Of a stretch of 64,000 nt of DNA, positions 26,108 to 34,881 are shown one piece after another. The DNA is from an uncultured Gammaproteobacteria bacterium (GTDB lineage Bacteria > Patescibacteriota > Microgenomatia > Woykebacterales > RBG-16-39-9b). The notes under the pieces are model-generated. The model ran no database searches, was not told the DNA's origin, and was given only the letters and a program-made list of their open reading frames with translations. Each line of letters starts with the position of its first letter. Within the stretch, counting starts at the first letter, position 1. The stretch covers positions 5,568 through 69,567 of the forward strand of contig CAYHXX010000004.1 of assembly GCA_964360785.1 (NCBI GenBank), read 5' to 3'. Position numbers and translations under genes: made by a program.

Positions 26108-27680
26108 AGTTAAGTTTTCCAAATAATTCTGAAGGATCAGCCTCTTCAACCTCCTCAACCTTTGCTTTTTCTGGTTTTTCCGGGCGGACTCCAACTTTTC
26201 CTACTATTCTAACAGGTTTGCCAAGTGTTTCTTCAATCATTGCTGCTATCAGTCTAGAGTTCTTTGGTTCTTCGACTAGATCTTTGTGAAATTGAAAATA
26301 AACTTCCAGACTCAGCAGCCCATCTTCAATTTCTGTTGGCTTGGCGTTGCGCAAGAAAACTCCCAAAGAGTTGTTTTGGGAGCGGACTTTTTGCAAAATA
26401 GCAGACCAGTTTTTTTGGAGCTCTTCTATTTTTACAGAGTTTTTTGAAGACGTTCTAACTGGTTTTTCTGCATTTTTCGGATTTTCTACAATAGTTTCTG
26501 CAGCTATCTCAACAAGTTCTGCGGCAACTTTTTGTTCTGTCTTGACCTTTGGTTCTTCCACAGGAGCACTTTCCTCGACTACCTTTTCTGTACCTTCTGG
26601 TTCTCCATCTCCAAACTCACAAGCCTCAATGACCGCGAGTTCCAAAGGCAACACTGGAATAGGTGAGTCTTTGATTGTGGCTGTCGCTTCGGAAAATAGT
26701 CCAATCCATTTTTGGAGTTCCCTTGTAGAGAGTTGTTCGCCAAAGTCAGACAGTTCCTTATATTGTTGGGGTGAATATTTTGCTGCATCCACTGTTAGCA
26801 CCCCAACTTTTATAAGCAGTAGATCGCGTAAAGTTTCAACCAAGCTCTCACCCAAAACTTTGTAATCACCAGAGAAGTTCTGAAGCCAGAGGACTGCTTC
26901 GCGGGTTCTTTTTCCAAAGATTAGGTCAAACGGTACGACGCCCTTCAAAAAAGTTCGGCCGAGTATTTCTTCGATTTCTTCTGGGCTAGCCTTTGGATTG
27001 GTAGTAACAACTTTTTCGAGCAGTACTTCACCATCGCGAAAACTTCCACCCGAGTGTCTGGCGATAAGCTCCAAGCTTTCTTTTGGGAGATCCTTGGCTT
27101 CGGCAATTTTCTTAAACTTCTCATGGGTTTTCTCCGAAAGGTGAAATTCATATTTCTGTACGCGAGAGGCGATTGTTGCGGGGATTTTGTGAGCCTCGGT
27201 TGTCGCTAGGATAAATATCGCGTGAGCTGGCGGCTCTTCAAGTGTTTTCAAAAGAGCGTTGAAAGCTTCATTGGTGAGTTGGTGGGCTTCATCAATGATA
27301 TAGACTTTGAAGCGGGAAGATCCCGGTGCAAGATTGATCCGTTCGCGCAGATCACGGATCTCGTCAATTCCGCGATTACTGGCGGCATCAAGTTCGAGTA
27401 CATCAAAGTTTCGCCCTTCGGTGGTCGAAGTACAGGAAGTGCATTTGTTGCAAGGTTCACCAAAACCGCCAGCTGGCGGATCGCCCTTGTATTTTTCACA
27501 GTTGACGGCTTTGGCAAAGATCCGGGCAGTTGAAGTTTTTCCTGTACCACGCGGCCCCGAGAAAAGATAAGCATGGGTGATCCTTCCACTTTCAAGCTGT
27601 GTTAGCAATGGTTTGACGATATGTTCTTGGTCGACAATTTCTGAAAAGTTTTGGGGTCGGTACTTGCGGTATAAACTCAT
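26106..27680 (-). CDS. dnaX: DNA polymerase III subunit gamma/tau
   Basis: LYRKYRP..F, HAYLFSGPRGTGKT, DAASNRG, IIDEAH, NALLKTLEEPP. Confidence 0.97.
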   Translation of the reverse strand: MSLYRKYRPQNFSEIVDQEHIVKPLLTQLESGRITHAYLFSGPRGTGKTSTARIFAKAVNCEKYKGDPPAGGFGEPCNKCTSCTSTTEGRNFDVLELDAASNRGIDEIRDLRERINLAPGSSRFKVYIIDEAHQLTNEAFNALLKTLEEPPAHAIFILATTEAHKIPATIASRVQKYEFHLSEKTHEKFKKIAEAKDLPKESLELIARHSGGSFRDGEVLLEKVVTTNPKASPEEIEEILGRTFLKGVVPFDLIFGKRTREAVLWLQNFSGDYKVLGESLVETLRDLLLIKVGVLTVDAAKYSPQQYKELSDFGEQLSTRELQKWIGLFSEATATIKDSPIPVLPLELAVIEACEFGDGEPEGTEKVVEESAPVEEPKVKTEQKVAAELVEIAAETIVENPKNAEKPVRTSSKNSVKIEELQKNWSAILQKVRSQNNSLGVFLRNAKPTEIEDGLLSLEVYFQFHKDLVEEPKNSRLIAAMIEETLGKPVRIVGKVGVRPEKPEKAKVEEVEEADPSELFGKLN

Positions 27681-27799
27681 AACCAAGATATTTTAAACCT
27701 CGGGATAGAGAGTGTCCAGCAGTGCCTTTTTCTTTTTCTCAAACTTTGACGCTTGTGTATAATCTGATTATCGCCACTGCGTTTTTCCAAGGAGGCTAT

Positions 27800-28198
27800 A
27801 TGGAGCCCCTTCCGGTAATTGACCTTATTAACGCTCAACTAACGAGAAGAGAGAAGGAATTTGGGATCAGAGACGACAGTCGGCTCAATAATGTTTGGCA
27901 TGAGGCTCTCAGCTATTGGCACTATATCTTTGAAGAGATCATGGAGTTAGCCGAAGCGGGTAAGCCCCTCTCACGAAAGGGGCTGTTGCAGGACATTGCC
28001 TGGGCAAAAGAAGAGTCCATGAAAGTGTTTGGTATCAACAGAAATTTCGAAGATCCGGAGAGTTTGTGGTTCTTTGCTGTCTGCAAAGATATCCTCGAGC
28101 CCTTGGCTTGGCGTCTTGCCCGAATGCGAAAGAGAGACAGGAAGGTGATAGATATAAGGAGGAGAACAGCCGAGATCATTCAAATGCCTGTTCGCTAA
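27800..28198 (+). CDS. hypothetical protein (accessory cassette)
   Basis: AAGGAGG RBS before ATG 27800; TATAAT upstream; terminator 28198-28243. Confidence 0.65.
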   Translation: MEPLPVIDLINAQLTRREKEFGIRDDSRLNNVWHEALSYWHYIFEEIMELAEAGKPLSRKGLLQDIAWAKEESMKVFGINRNFEDPESLWFFAVCKDILEPLAWRLARMRKRDRKVIDIRRRTAEIIQMPVR

Positions 28199-28275
28199 GA
28201 CGCCTTGTTCACGGTTAAACCGGAATCGGGCGTTTTCTTTTCTCATGATCTCGTATCTGCTAGAATGTTACTTCA

Positions 28276-28872
28276 ATGCAAATCCCCAAAAGTGTAGCGG
28301 CGGTTATCGCTGAATTTGAAAAACTTCCTGGTATTGGGCCAAAGAGTGCCCAGAGGCTGACCTATTATTTACTTCACGCGCCCAAAGAATATGCTCACGC
28401 CCTCTCTTCTGCAATTTCCGAGCTGCGGGACAAGACAGTGCTTTGTAGCACTTGTTACAACGTTGCCGAAGCAGATCCTTGTGAAGTTTGCGCAAGTACA
28501 TCCCGTGACCGCTCGGTGATCATGGTAGTTGAGGAACCCCTTGACGCTTTGGCGATGGAGCGTTCAGGTTCTTTCAAAGGCATGTATCACGTTCTTCACG
28601 GAGTGATCGCGCCACTTGATAATATTGGTCCAGATGAGCTCTACCTCAAACAGCTTTTGCCGAGATTGAAGTCAGGCGAGGTTAACGAAGTGATTTTGGC
28701 GACCAATCCAAATATCGAAGGCGAGGCCACCGCAATGTATATCCAAAAACTACTTTCACCACTTGGGCTTCACATTACCCGGATCGCACGTGGGCTGCCC
28801 ACAGGAGCCGATCTGGAATATGCTGATGAAACTACTCTTTCGCGGGCAGTCGAGGGAAGAGTGGACTTTTAG
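28276..28872 (+). CDS. recR: recombination mediator RecR
   Basis: LPGIGPKSAQR, C..C..C..C, VVE, YHVL.G, EGEATA, ARGLP.G. Confidence 0.97.
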   Translation: MQIPKSVAAVIAEFEKLPGIGPKSAQRLTYYLLHAPKEYAHALSSAISELRDKTVLCSTCYNVAEADPCEVCASTSRDRSVIMVVEEPLDALAMERSGSFKGMYHVLHGVIAPLDNIGPDELYLKQLLPRLKSGEVNEVILATNPNIEGEATAMYIQKLLSPLGLHITRIARGLPTGADLEYADETTLSRAVEGRVDF

Positions 28873-28957
28873 ATTTGACTTTCAAGTCCGCGAGAATGCA
28901 AACCTTCTTAGATTTGACTTTCAAGTCCGCGAGAATGCAAACCTTCTTAGATTTGAC
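28869..28957. repeat. 39-bp perfect tandem repeat (2.3 copies)
   Basis: ttagatttgactttcaagtccgcgagaatgcaaaccttc at 28869 and 28908, partial at 28947. Confidence 0.9.
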
Positions 28958-28992
28958 AAGGTTTGAGACTGAGTATTAGAGTTAACTTAACA

Positions 28993-29337
28993 ATGACCTC
29001 ACAACTGCTCGCTCTGCTCAATCCCTTCCTCACCGTCGGTATATCGACTTTTGTACTGTACTATTATTTCGTCAAACCCAAACACAAACTTCGTAAAGAA
29101 CAACTGCTGCTTTTTTGGTTTCTGGTGTCAGCGGTATTTTTCTTCATTCCGTATATTCCCAAAAATATAACAGTTCCCTTTGCCTATTTTCTAATCCAGT
29201 CAGCAGTAGCGTATCTACTGTTGCGGAACTACTGGAAAGTTACAGATAAGGAACCACTGAAACTTACCGCTATTTTTGTAGGGTGCAATGTCTTTACAAT
29301 TGTGATTTTTGGCTATCTTTTCAATGGTGTAGTTTAA
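28993..29337 (+). CDS. hypothetical four-TM membrane protein
   Basis: Hydrophobic ORF; ATG 28993. Confidence 0.65.
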   Translation: MTSQLLALLNPFLTVGISTFVLYYYFVKPKHKLRKEQLLLFWFLVSAVFFFIPYIPKNITVPFAYFLIQSAVAYLLLRNYWKVTDKEPLKLTAIFVGCNVFTIVIFGYLFNGVV

Positions 29338-29371
29338 AATTCCTTTTCCAAAGTCTATACTAGCAACTGTC

Positions 29372-29866
29372 ATGTCTGAGCAGAAAATCCTAAATATTGT
29401 TTTGAGCCCAGTGGTTTACCGGGGCCAAATCTTACTTCTCAAAAGAGCCAAAGAACCTTTTAAAGATTTGTGGGGGATGCCAGGCGGTAAGGTCGAGTTT
29501 GGGGAAAATATTGATACAGCGATTGAAAGGGAGATCAGGGAAGAAACAGGATTGCCTGTAAAGTTTACTGCCGTGCGTGGCCTCGTTAACGAAACTTTCC
29601 ATGATAGCAAAACCGATAAAATAGAAGCCCAATCAATTATTTTCGTTTGTGAGGTGCATCCTGCGCACAATAAACACGTTGATTCGGTTGAGGGTAAATT
29701 GGCATGGTTCAAACTTAAAGATTGGCCAAAACTGAAAAAACAGATTATCCCTTCCGACTACCTGATGGTTGAGAGGTTTATCATCCGACAAAGACAGGCT
29801 ATTTCCGTTAATAAGGTGAAAATGTTGCAAGGAAGAGAATATAAAATCTCAAGGACAGATTTATAA
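29372..29866 (+). CDS. NUDIX hydrolase
   Basis: PGGKVEFGE.....REIREETG Nudix box. Confidence 0.93.
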   Translation: MSEQKILNIVLSPVVYRGQILLLKRAKEPFKDLWGMPGGKVEFGENIDTAIEREIREETGLPVKFTAVRGLVNETFHDSKTDKIEAQSIIFVCEVHPAHNKHVDSVEGKLAWFKLKDWPKLKKQIIPSDYLMVERFIIRQRQAISVNKVKMLQGREYKISRTDL

Positions 29867-30480
29867 TGACAACAATAGTAGTTGGTTTGGTAGGTCCAAT
29901 CGGTGTTGGTAAGACTACAATTGCAAATTATTTAGAAAGTACTGGTTTTCAAAAACTGAAATTTTCTGACCCCATCAAAGAAGAAACTGATCGTAGGAAA
30001 CTGACCAACACTAGAGAGGCCTATCAAGACATTGGGGACAGTTTGCGAGAAAAGTTTGGTAACGACTATATTTCCCGTTCGCTCCACGACAAAATCAAAG
30101 CAAAAGCCAATAAATCCTTTGTTGTCGAAGGGTTCCGCAATCCAGGAGAGATTTCCATTTTTCAAAAATTACCAAACTTTGTTCTGGTTGGTTTGAATGC
30201 TGATCCAAAAGTACGCTACGAAAGATTGAAAAATAGAGGCGAACCACACGATCCAAAAACTTGGGAAGCTTTTGAGAAACAAGAGGCTCGGGATCAGGGA
30301 ATTGGGCAGCCTGAGTATGGTCAGCAAGTGCTTGCGAGTTTGGAACTAGCTGATTTTGTTATTGACACAGATAAGGTACAATCAGAGGTAAATATAACGA
30401 TAGATAAAATATTAAAGGAGTTTCAGAATGACCCTAAAAGAACAATTTCAAGAAGATCTCAAGACTGCGCTTTTTGCTAG
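29866..30480 (+). CDS. P-loop nucleotide kinase (dephospho-CoA kinase-like/AAA family)
   Basis: GPIGVGKTT, R...Q..G..LR, G.RNPGE, R..R..RG, AD..I. Confidence 0.8.
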   Translation: MTTIVVGLVGPIGVGKTTIANYLESTGFQKLKFSDPIKEETDRRKLTNTREAYQDIGDSLREKFGNDYISRSLHDKIKAKANKSFVVEGFRNPGEISIFQKLPNFVLVGLNADPKVRYERLKNRGEPHDPKTWEAFEKQEARDQGIGQPEYGQQVLASLELADFVIDTDKVQSEVNITIDKILKEFQNDPKRTISRRSQDCAFC

Positions 30481-30868
30481 AGAAGAACTCAGAGTTTCTA
30501 CAATCCGGATGCTGATTGCTGATATGAAAAATTATCAGATCGAGAAACAGCGGGAACTGGAAGATACTGATGTTGTCAGTTTGATCGAAAGACAGGTCAA
30601 GCGTCACCGCGAGAGTATCGAAGGTTTTGAAAAAGGAGCTCGTATCGAGATGGCGGAAAAAGAAAAAAAGGAACTCACAATCTTGCAAACTTACTTGCCT
30701 GAGCAAATTTCCGAAGAACAGATCGCCGCTGAAGTTGAAAAGGCAATTAACTCTACTACTGCCTCCACAATTGCCGACATGGGCAAAGTAATGGGAGCCT
30801 TGCAGACCCTCAAGGGTAAGGCTGATTTTTCAATAGTTTCAAAGTTGGTAAAAGAGAAATTATCTTAG
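30428..30868 (+). CDS. yqeY: GatB/YqeY domain protein
   Basis: K.R.ESI..F..G.R, E..IL..YLPEQ, DMGKVMG, GKAD. Confidence 0.92.
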   Translation: MTLKEQFQEDLKTALFAREELRVSTIRMLIADMKNYQIEKQRELEDTDVVSLIERQVKRHRESIEGFEKGARIEMAEKEKKELTILQTYLPEQISEEQIAAEVEKAINSTTASTIADMGKVMGALQTLKGKADFSIVSKLVKEKLS

Positions 30869-30927
30869 ACGACATTCTTGCCCGTTTGTTTCTTGAAATT
30901 CAACCTAAAAAAGAGTATATAGAAGTT

Positions 30928-31197
30928 AACACAATGCAACCGTCTGAAAGCCACCAGTGGTTGTGTTGACGTGCTGCCCGTTTTGTTAGTTGGATAAACC
31001 CGAAGCGTATTGGCGGGGGAACGCTATTGCAAGGGTGGTCTGGAAACCTGTGGCGGGGAGACACAGACCTTAAGGCTAACTAGGCACACGTCGGAACAGA
31101 AAGGGAAGGAGGTAGTGAGTAGAGACAATCGGAGTCTAATCACGAGGCAGGTGCAGATGGGTTTCACTTACCACATCGGCCTGCCTCACTTTTTTTG
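30928..31197 (+). ncRNA. candidate structured RNA 'unit 1'
   Basis: Multi-stem fold (gacgtg/cacgtc closing stem, gcgt/acgc, ctgtg/cacag), two TGGCGGGG loops, terminal gaggcagg/cctgcctc + T7. Confidence 0.55.
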
Positions 31198-31228
31198 TTG
31201 TAACAGGCAATTTTCAAAAAAGTAATTA

Positions 31229-31257
31229 TTGATTTTTTATTTTACTAGTACTATCGT
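31229..31257 (+). promoter_or_regulatory. probable sigma70 promoter for unit 2
   Basis: TTGATT-17 nt-TATCGT in an AT-rich spacer. Confidence 0.5.
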
Positions 31258-31262
31258 TTATT

Positions 31263-31643
31263 TATCACATAGGGAAGGAGGTAGAGATATCGAGAGTTGG
31301 AAGTGGGGAGCGGCGTTTTGGCCAGGTGTCATAAGCCTGATCCGTCGAAAGAAGTGTACCTGGCCTCGGTTACCAGCAACCCCGCCGTTGGTTTTCCACT
31401 ATGCCGCTCCCTGCGTACCAGAAAGTTGAGAGTTCTCTGAGCAGACCGTTGAAAAGTCGAGAGTGCGAGGTCTCGGCTTTCCCTCAGCGTGTCAGCTCGG
31501 TGTTCTAGAAGACGGTCGCCCGAATGCACGTTCTACTTCCTCCTTTGAGAACGTATGCAGCGACCGTCTTCTCCTTCGGGCAGCCGGGATTCATGAAAAC
31601 CCACCCGCCACCAGGACATTCCGTCCGGCTGCCCATCTTTTTT
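31263..31643 (+). ncRNA. candidate structured RNA 'unit 2'
   Basis: Stems gggagcggc/gccgctccc, ggccaggt/acctggcc, 13-bp agaagacggtcgc/gcgaccgtcttct, terminal gggcagccgg/ccggctgccc + T tract; no convincing ORF. Confidence 0.6.
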
Positions 31644-31703
31644 ATATAAGCAGACTTGTATATTCAGAAATATATAGGAAGACCTGTATATTCAGAAATA
31701 TAT
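31643..31703. repeat. 28-bp tandem direct repeat
   Basis: tatataagcagacttgtatattcagaaa / tatataggaagacctgtatattcagaaa. Confidence 0.8.
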
Positions 31704-31785
31704 CAAACTATTGCATTTTCTCCAAAAACAGGTATAATTTGATCTTAACGAGGCATCTTTTCATACCCCCTGAAGAGAACTATTT

Positions 31786-32211
31786 ATGTTAAGTATTTTT
31801 GGAAAAAAGTTTCATGAAAGTGAGACAAAATTGGCTGACCTGATAACCCGTTTTGCGGGGAGTATGACATTTGTCTACTTACACATTATCTGGTTTGCGC
31901 TTTGGATCCTTTTCGCCAAGCAAATTGGCGATACTTTTCCGTTCGGGCTTTTGACTATGGTTGTTTCCCTTGAAGCGATTTTTCTGGCTACCTTCATCAT
32001 GGTCAACCAAAACCGTCAGGCTGAGATTGCTGAACAACGGGAGATAGAAGATGAGCAGGAACAGGAAGAAATCGCTGAAGATATTGAGGACATTCAGCAA
32101 GAGTTTGACGAGATCCAAGATGATCTCTCAGAAGTCCGCCGTTTAATTGAAAAGATTGAAAAAAGAATTCCTAACCCAGCCGACCAGGCTAGCAAACTTC
32201 AAGAGAAATAA
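31786..32211 (+). CDS. DUF1003 family membrane protein with acidic coiled-coil tail
   Basis: AD.IT.F.GSM.F...H..WF..WI, PFGLLTM.VSLEAIFL..FI...QNRQ. Confidence 0.88.
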   Translation: MLSIFGKKFHESETKLADLITRFAGSMTFVYLHIIWFALWILFAKQIGDTFPFGLLTMVVSLEAIFLATFIMVNQNRQAEIAEQREIEDEQEQEEIAEDIEDIQQEFDEIQDDLSEVRRLIEKIEKRIPNPADQASKLQEK

Positions 32212-32246
32212 TTGACTTTAACCTTTTCTAAAAATACAATAAAGAT

Positions 32247-32624
32247 ATGAAAGCAGTTGAGTTTAAAATAAAAACACAACCTTGGACTGGTTGGCAAAAA
32301 GAACAGGCTGAAGCAAAAGAGGAAAAGGCGACCGTCAAGATTGGTGATATGCTTTATTTACACTCTGACATGGCAAAAGCAGTTACTGAACCAGCAGTTG
32401 GACGGGCAGACTATAATTTTACAGTTTCAGTTCGGGACGACAGTGTTATTTTGGTACCTAGCTTACCAGTACCTGTAAATGACCAAGGAGGGATTGATCT
32501 TGGGGCTAATCGGGAAAATATAATTTCAATTGCAAAAGGTGAGTCAAAGCGGCTGGCGACACCAACAATGGATGGTGGAACGAAATGGGAAATTACAGTT
32601 GAAGACATAAAAGAAATCGATTAG
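32247..32624 (+). CDS. hypothetical protein
   Basis: TTGACT-17-TACAAT promoter; terminator ctagcc/ggctag+T after the stop. Confidence 0.7.
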   Translation: MKAVEFKIKTQPWTGWQKEQAEAKEEKATVKIGDMLYLHSDMAKAVTEPAVGRADYNFTVSVRDDSVILVPSLPVPVNDQGGIDLGANRENIISIAKGESKRLATPTMDGGTKWEITVEDIKEID

Positions 32625-32741
32625 AGGTTTGATAAGAATTATTTTAAAATCTAATTACTAGCCTCAAGGCTAGTTTTTTGTTGTATAAGCACGATAATTC
32701 CATCTCGCGCTTGTAACTCTGACGAGTTATAATCACAGCCA

Positions 32742-34130
32742 ATGGCTGATATTTTTCTAACAAATACGCTGTCGAGAAAGAAGGAAAAATTTGAACCGAT
32801 TAAACCAGGTTTTGTTGGGATCTATTCTTGTGGACCGACAGTTTATCGCAACGTTCATATTGGTAACCTGCGCACCTATATCGCTGCTGATTTATTAAAA
32901 AGAATGTTCCAGTACAATGGTTTTCACATAAACCATGTGAAAAATATCACTGACGTTGGCCATATGCGTACTACTGGTGCAGATGAAGCCTATGATCCGA
33001 TCATCAATGAAGCTATAAAAGAGGGAAAAACGCCACTAGAGATTTCCCAGCACTATACTGACCTTTATAACCAAGATGAGGCTAAACTCAATATTATTCC
33101 GGCCAATGAAAATCCCAAAGCGACCGACCATATAGAGGAGATGATCGAGATCATCAAAAAACTTCTGGAAAAAGGTTTTGCCTACGAAAGTACTGGAAAT
33201 GTGTACTTTGAAGTTAAGAAGTTTAAAGAATACGGCAAGCTCTCGGGAAATACCCTGGAAAAAATGGACCAACTGTTGGAGGCAGTTAGGGTCTCAGTCG
33301 AAACAGATAAAAACGAAACTGCAGATTTCGCTCTTTGGAAAAAAGCAGACGAGGGGCGGGCGATGGTCTGGGATAGCCCTTGGGGTAAGGGTTTTCCTGG
33401 TTGGCACATTGAGTGTTCAGCCATGTCGGTCAAATATTTGGGAGAGAACTTTGATATTCACACTGGTGCCGAGGATCTGATCTTTCCACATCACGAGGAC
33501 GAGATTGCCCAGTCAGAAGCCGCCTTTGGGAAAAAATTTGTTAACTTTTGGTCACACGCTGGTTACTTGCTTGTCGATGGGAAAAAAATGGCCCGTTCGG
33601 CCGGCAATTTTTACATTCTCGACGATATTATAAAAAAAGGTTTTAGCCCGTTGGCTTTTCGTTATCTGACACTGACGACTCACTATAAATCCAGACTCAA
33701 TTTTACCTGGGAGTCTTTGGAAGCTTCCCAAAATGCTTTGAACAATCTGTATAGGGAAATCTCAAGTTATAGCCAGCCTTCGAAAGAAACTCTGGGAAAT
33801 TTTGAAAAGAAATTTCTCGAGGCTATAAACGATGATCTCGACATGCCCAAAGCTTTAACAATTATCCAAGAGATACTTGATAGTAAAGAAGAGGATGGGA
33901 AAAAACTTGCTACGTTGATCAAATTTGATGAAGTGTTGGGTCTGAATCTTCGCGATAATGTTGGTGGTGAGATACCAACAGATGTTGAAGCTCTGGTAAG
34001 GGAAAGACATGCTGCACGAATTTCGAAAGATTGGGCCAAGTCTGATGAACTTCGTAAAAAGATTGCAGACCTGGGTTTTGAAGTTATCGATTCGGGGGAT
34101 AGCTCCAAATTGAAGAAGATTATCAAGTAA
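32742..34130 (+). CDS. cysS: cysteine--tRNA ligase
   Basis: YSCGPTVY..HIGN, DFALWK, PGWHIECSAM, FPHHE.E.AQ, KMARS. Confidence 0.97.
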   Translation: MADIFLTNTLSRKKEKFEPIKPGFVGIYSCGPTVYRNVHIGNLRTYIAADLLKRMFQYNGFHINHVKNITDVGHMRTTGADEAYDPIINEAIKEGKTPLEISQHYTDLYNQDEAKLNIIPANENPKATDHIEEMIEIIKKLLEKGFAYESTGNVYFEVKKFKEYGKLSGNTLEKMDQLLEAVRVSVETDKNETADFALWKKADEGRAMVWDSPWGKGFPGWHIECSAMSVKYLGENFDIHTGAEDLIFPHHEDEIAQSEAAFGKKFVNFWSHAGYLLVDGKKMARSAGNFYILDDIIKKGFSPLAFRYLTLTTHYKSRLNFTWESLEASQNALNNLYREISSYSQPSKETLGNFEKKFLEAINDDLDMPKALTIIQEILDSKEEDGKKLATLIKFDEVLGLNLRDNVGGEIPTDVEALVRERHAARISKDWAKSDELRKKIADLGFEVIDSGDSSKLKKIIK

Positions 34131-34153
34131 AATATGTTGCAATATGAGAGTAA

Positions 34154-34182
34154 TTGACACCTAGCTGCTTGTTTGCTAGTAT
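34154..34182 (+). promoter_or_regulatory. sigma70 promoter of attenuated unit
   Basis: TTGACA-17 nt-TAGTAT with TG extension. Confidence 0.7.
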
Positions 34183-34190
34183 ATTTTGCA

Positions 34191-34265
34191 ATGGGTTCCA
34201 AGTTTAACATCGTTCTCGTTATTAGCCTCACCCTTATGGAGGGCGGCTCTGACGTTGACCGGTAA
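34191..34265 (+). CDS. leader peptide MGSKFNIVLVISLTLMEGGSDVDR (Ile/Val/Leu-rich)
   Basis: ATG 8 nt after the -10 box; run I-V-L-V-I-S-L-T-L; overlaps the antiterminator arm. Confidence 0.65.
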   Translation: MGSKFNIVLVISLTLMEGGSDVDR

Positions 34266-34317
34266 GTTACCTGGAACAACAACGAACGAGCTGACCTCCT
34301 ACCACAGGAGGTTTTTT
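34238..34317 (+). promoter_or_regulatory. transcription attenuator (antiterminator + terminator)
   Basis: ggagggcggctc (34238-49) pairs with gagctgacctcc (34288-99), mutually exclusive with terminator acctcct-accac-aggaggt-ttttt. Confidence 0.7.
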
Positions 34318-34393
34318 CGTTTGTTGGAGCTCAAAGCCATCCGGAAGTGAGGTGGAAAGTTTCCACCGCCAGGCCAAGCAAGGAGGAATGGTA

Positions 34394-34855
34394 ATGGCCG
34401 AAGGTAGTCTCAACGGGTTCAAGGGAGAGATCGTGCGGTTCCGGTTGCAAGATGTGCCAGAACCTGTGGTAGTCTGTTACGTCAAGAGGACTGGCCTTGC
34501 CGCGGTGTGGATCAAGGCGTTGGGACGTCACGACGCGGAGGTAGAGCTATCCGGCGCTGGCTTTACTGAGATCGAGGCCGCGACCAACGCTGTTCGGCAG
34601 CTGCTCGGTGAGGCTGACGGCAACCAGTTGAAAGTCTACCGAGCGGAGCCCAAGCGGGAGAAGCGCAGTGGCGTTAGCGTAGTTCAGTCGGCCATCTCCT
34701 ACGATGTCGGCGCCGAATACCGCGAGGAGTTCGGACAGGGGACTGGTGCCCACCGACTTGCCACCCAAGCTTATATCATGGCGCTCTTCACGGCGATCAA
34801 TAAGATCCACGTGAAGTTGGCGAACCGCGAGATGGTACCGGTAAGGACAGCATAG
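34394..34855 (+). CDS. stand-alone LeuA allosteric (dimerisation) domain-like protein
   Basis: AAGGAGG RBS; G.G..IEA...A....L..Y...G.G.......A...A...AIN pattern of the LeuA regulatory domain. Confidence 0.65.
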   Translation: MAEGSLNGFKGEIVRFRLQDVPEPVVVCYVKRTGLAAVWIKALGRHDAEVELSGAGFTEIEAATNAVRQLLGEADGNQLKVYRAEPKREKRSGVSVVQSAISYDVGAEYREEFGQGTGAHRLATQAYIMALFTAINKIHVKLANREMVPVRTA

Positions 34856-34881
34856 AAAGAAGAAAAAGAGATGGTCCTTCA

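Noticed and set aside
28869-28957. CRISPR array
   Set aside because: Head-to-tail duplication without spacers.
30928-31643. RNase P RNA, tmRNA, SRP RNA, T-box, group I/II intron, or the ORFs 31010..31225, 31229..31429 and 31463..31792
   Set aside because: Diagnostic motifs (GAGGAAAGUCC, tRNA-like ends with CCA, SRP domain IV, T-box UGGNACC, domain V) were not found by eye. The ORFs cross terminators or promoters and lack properly spaced RBSs.
31655-31698. LexA SOS box
   Set aside because: CTGTATATTCAG spacing does not fit CTG-N10-CAG.
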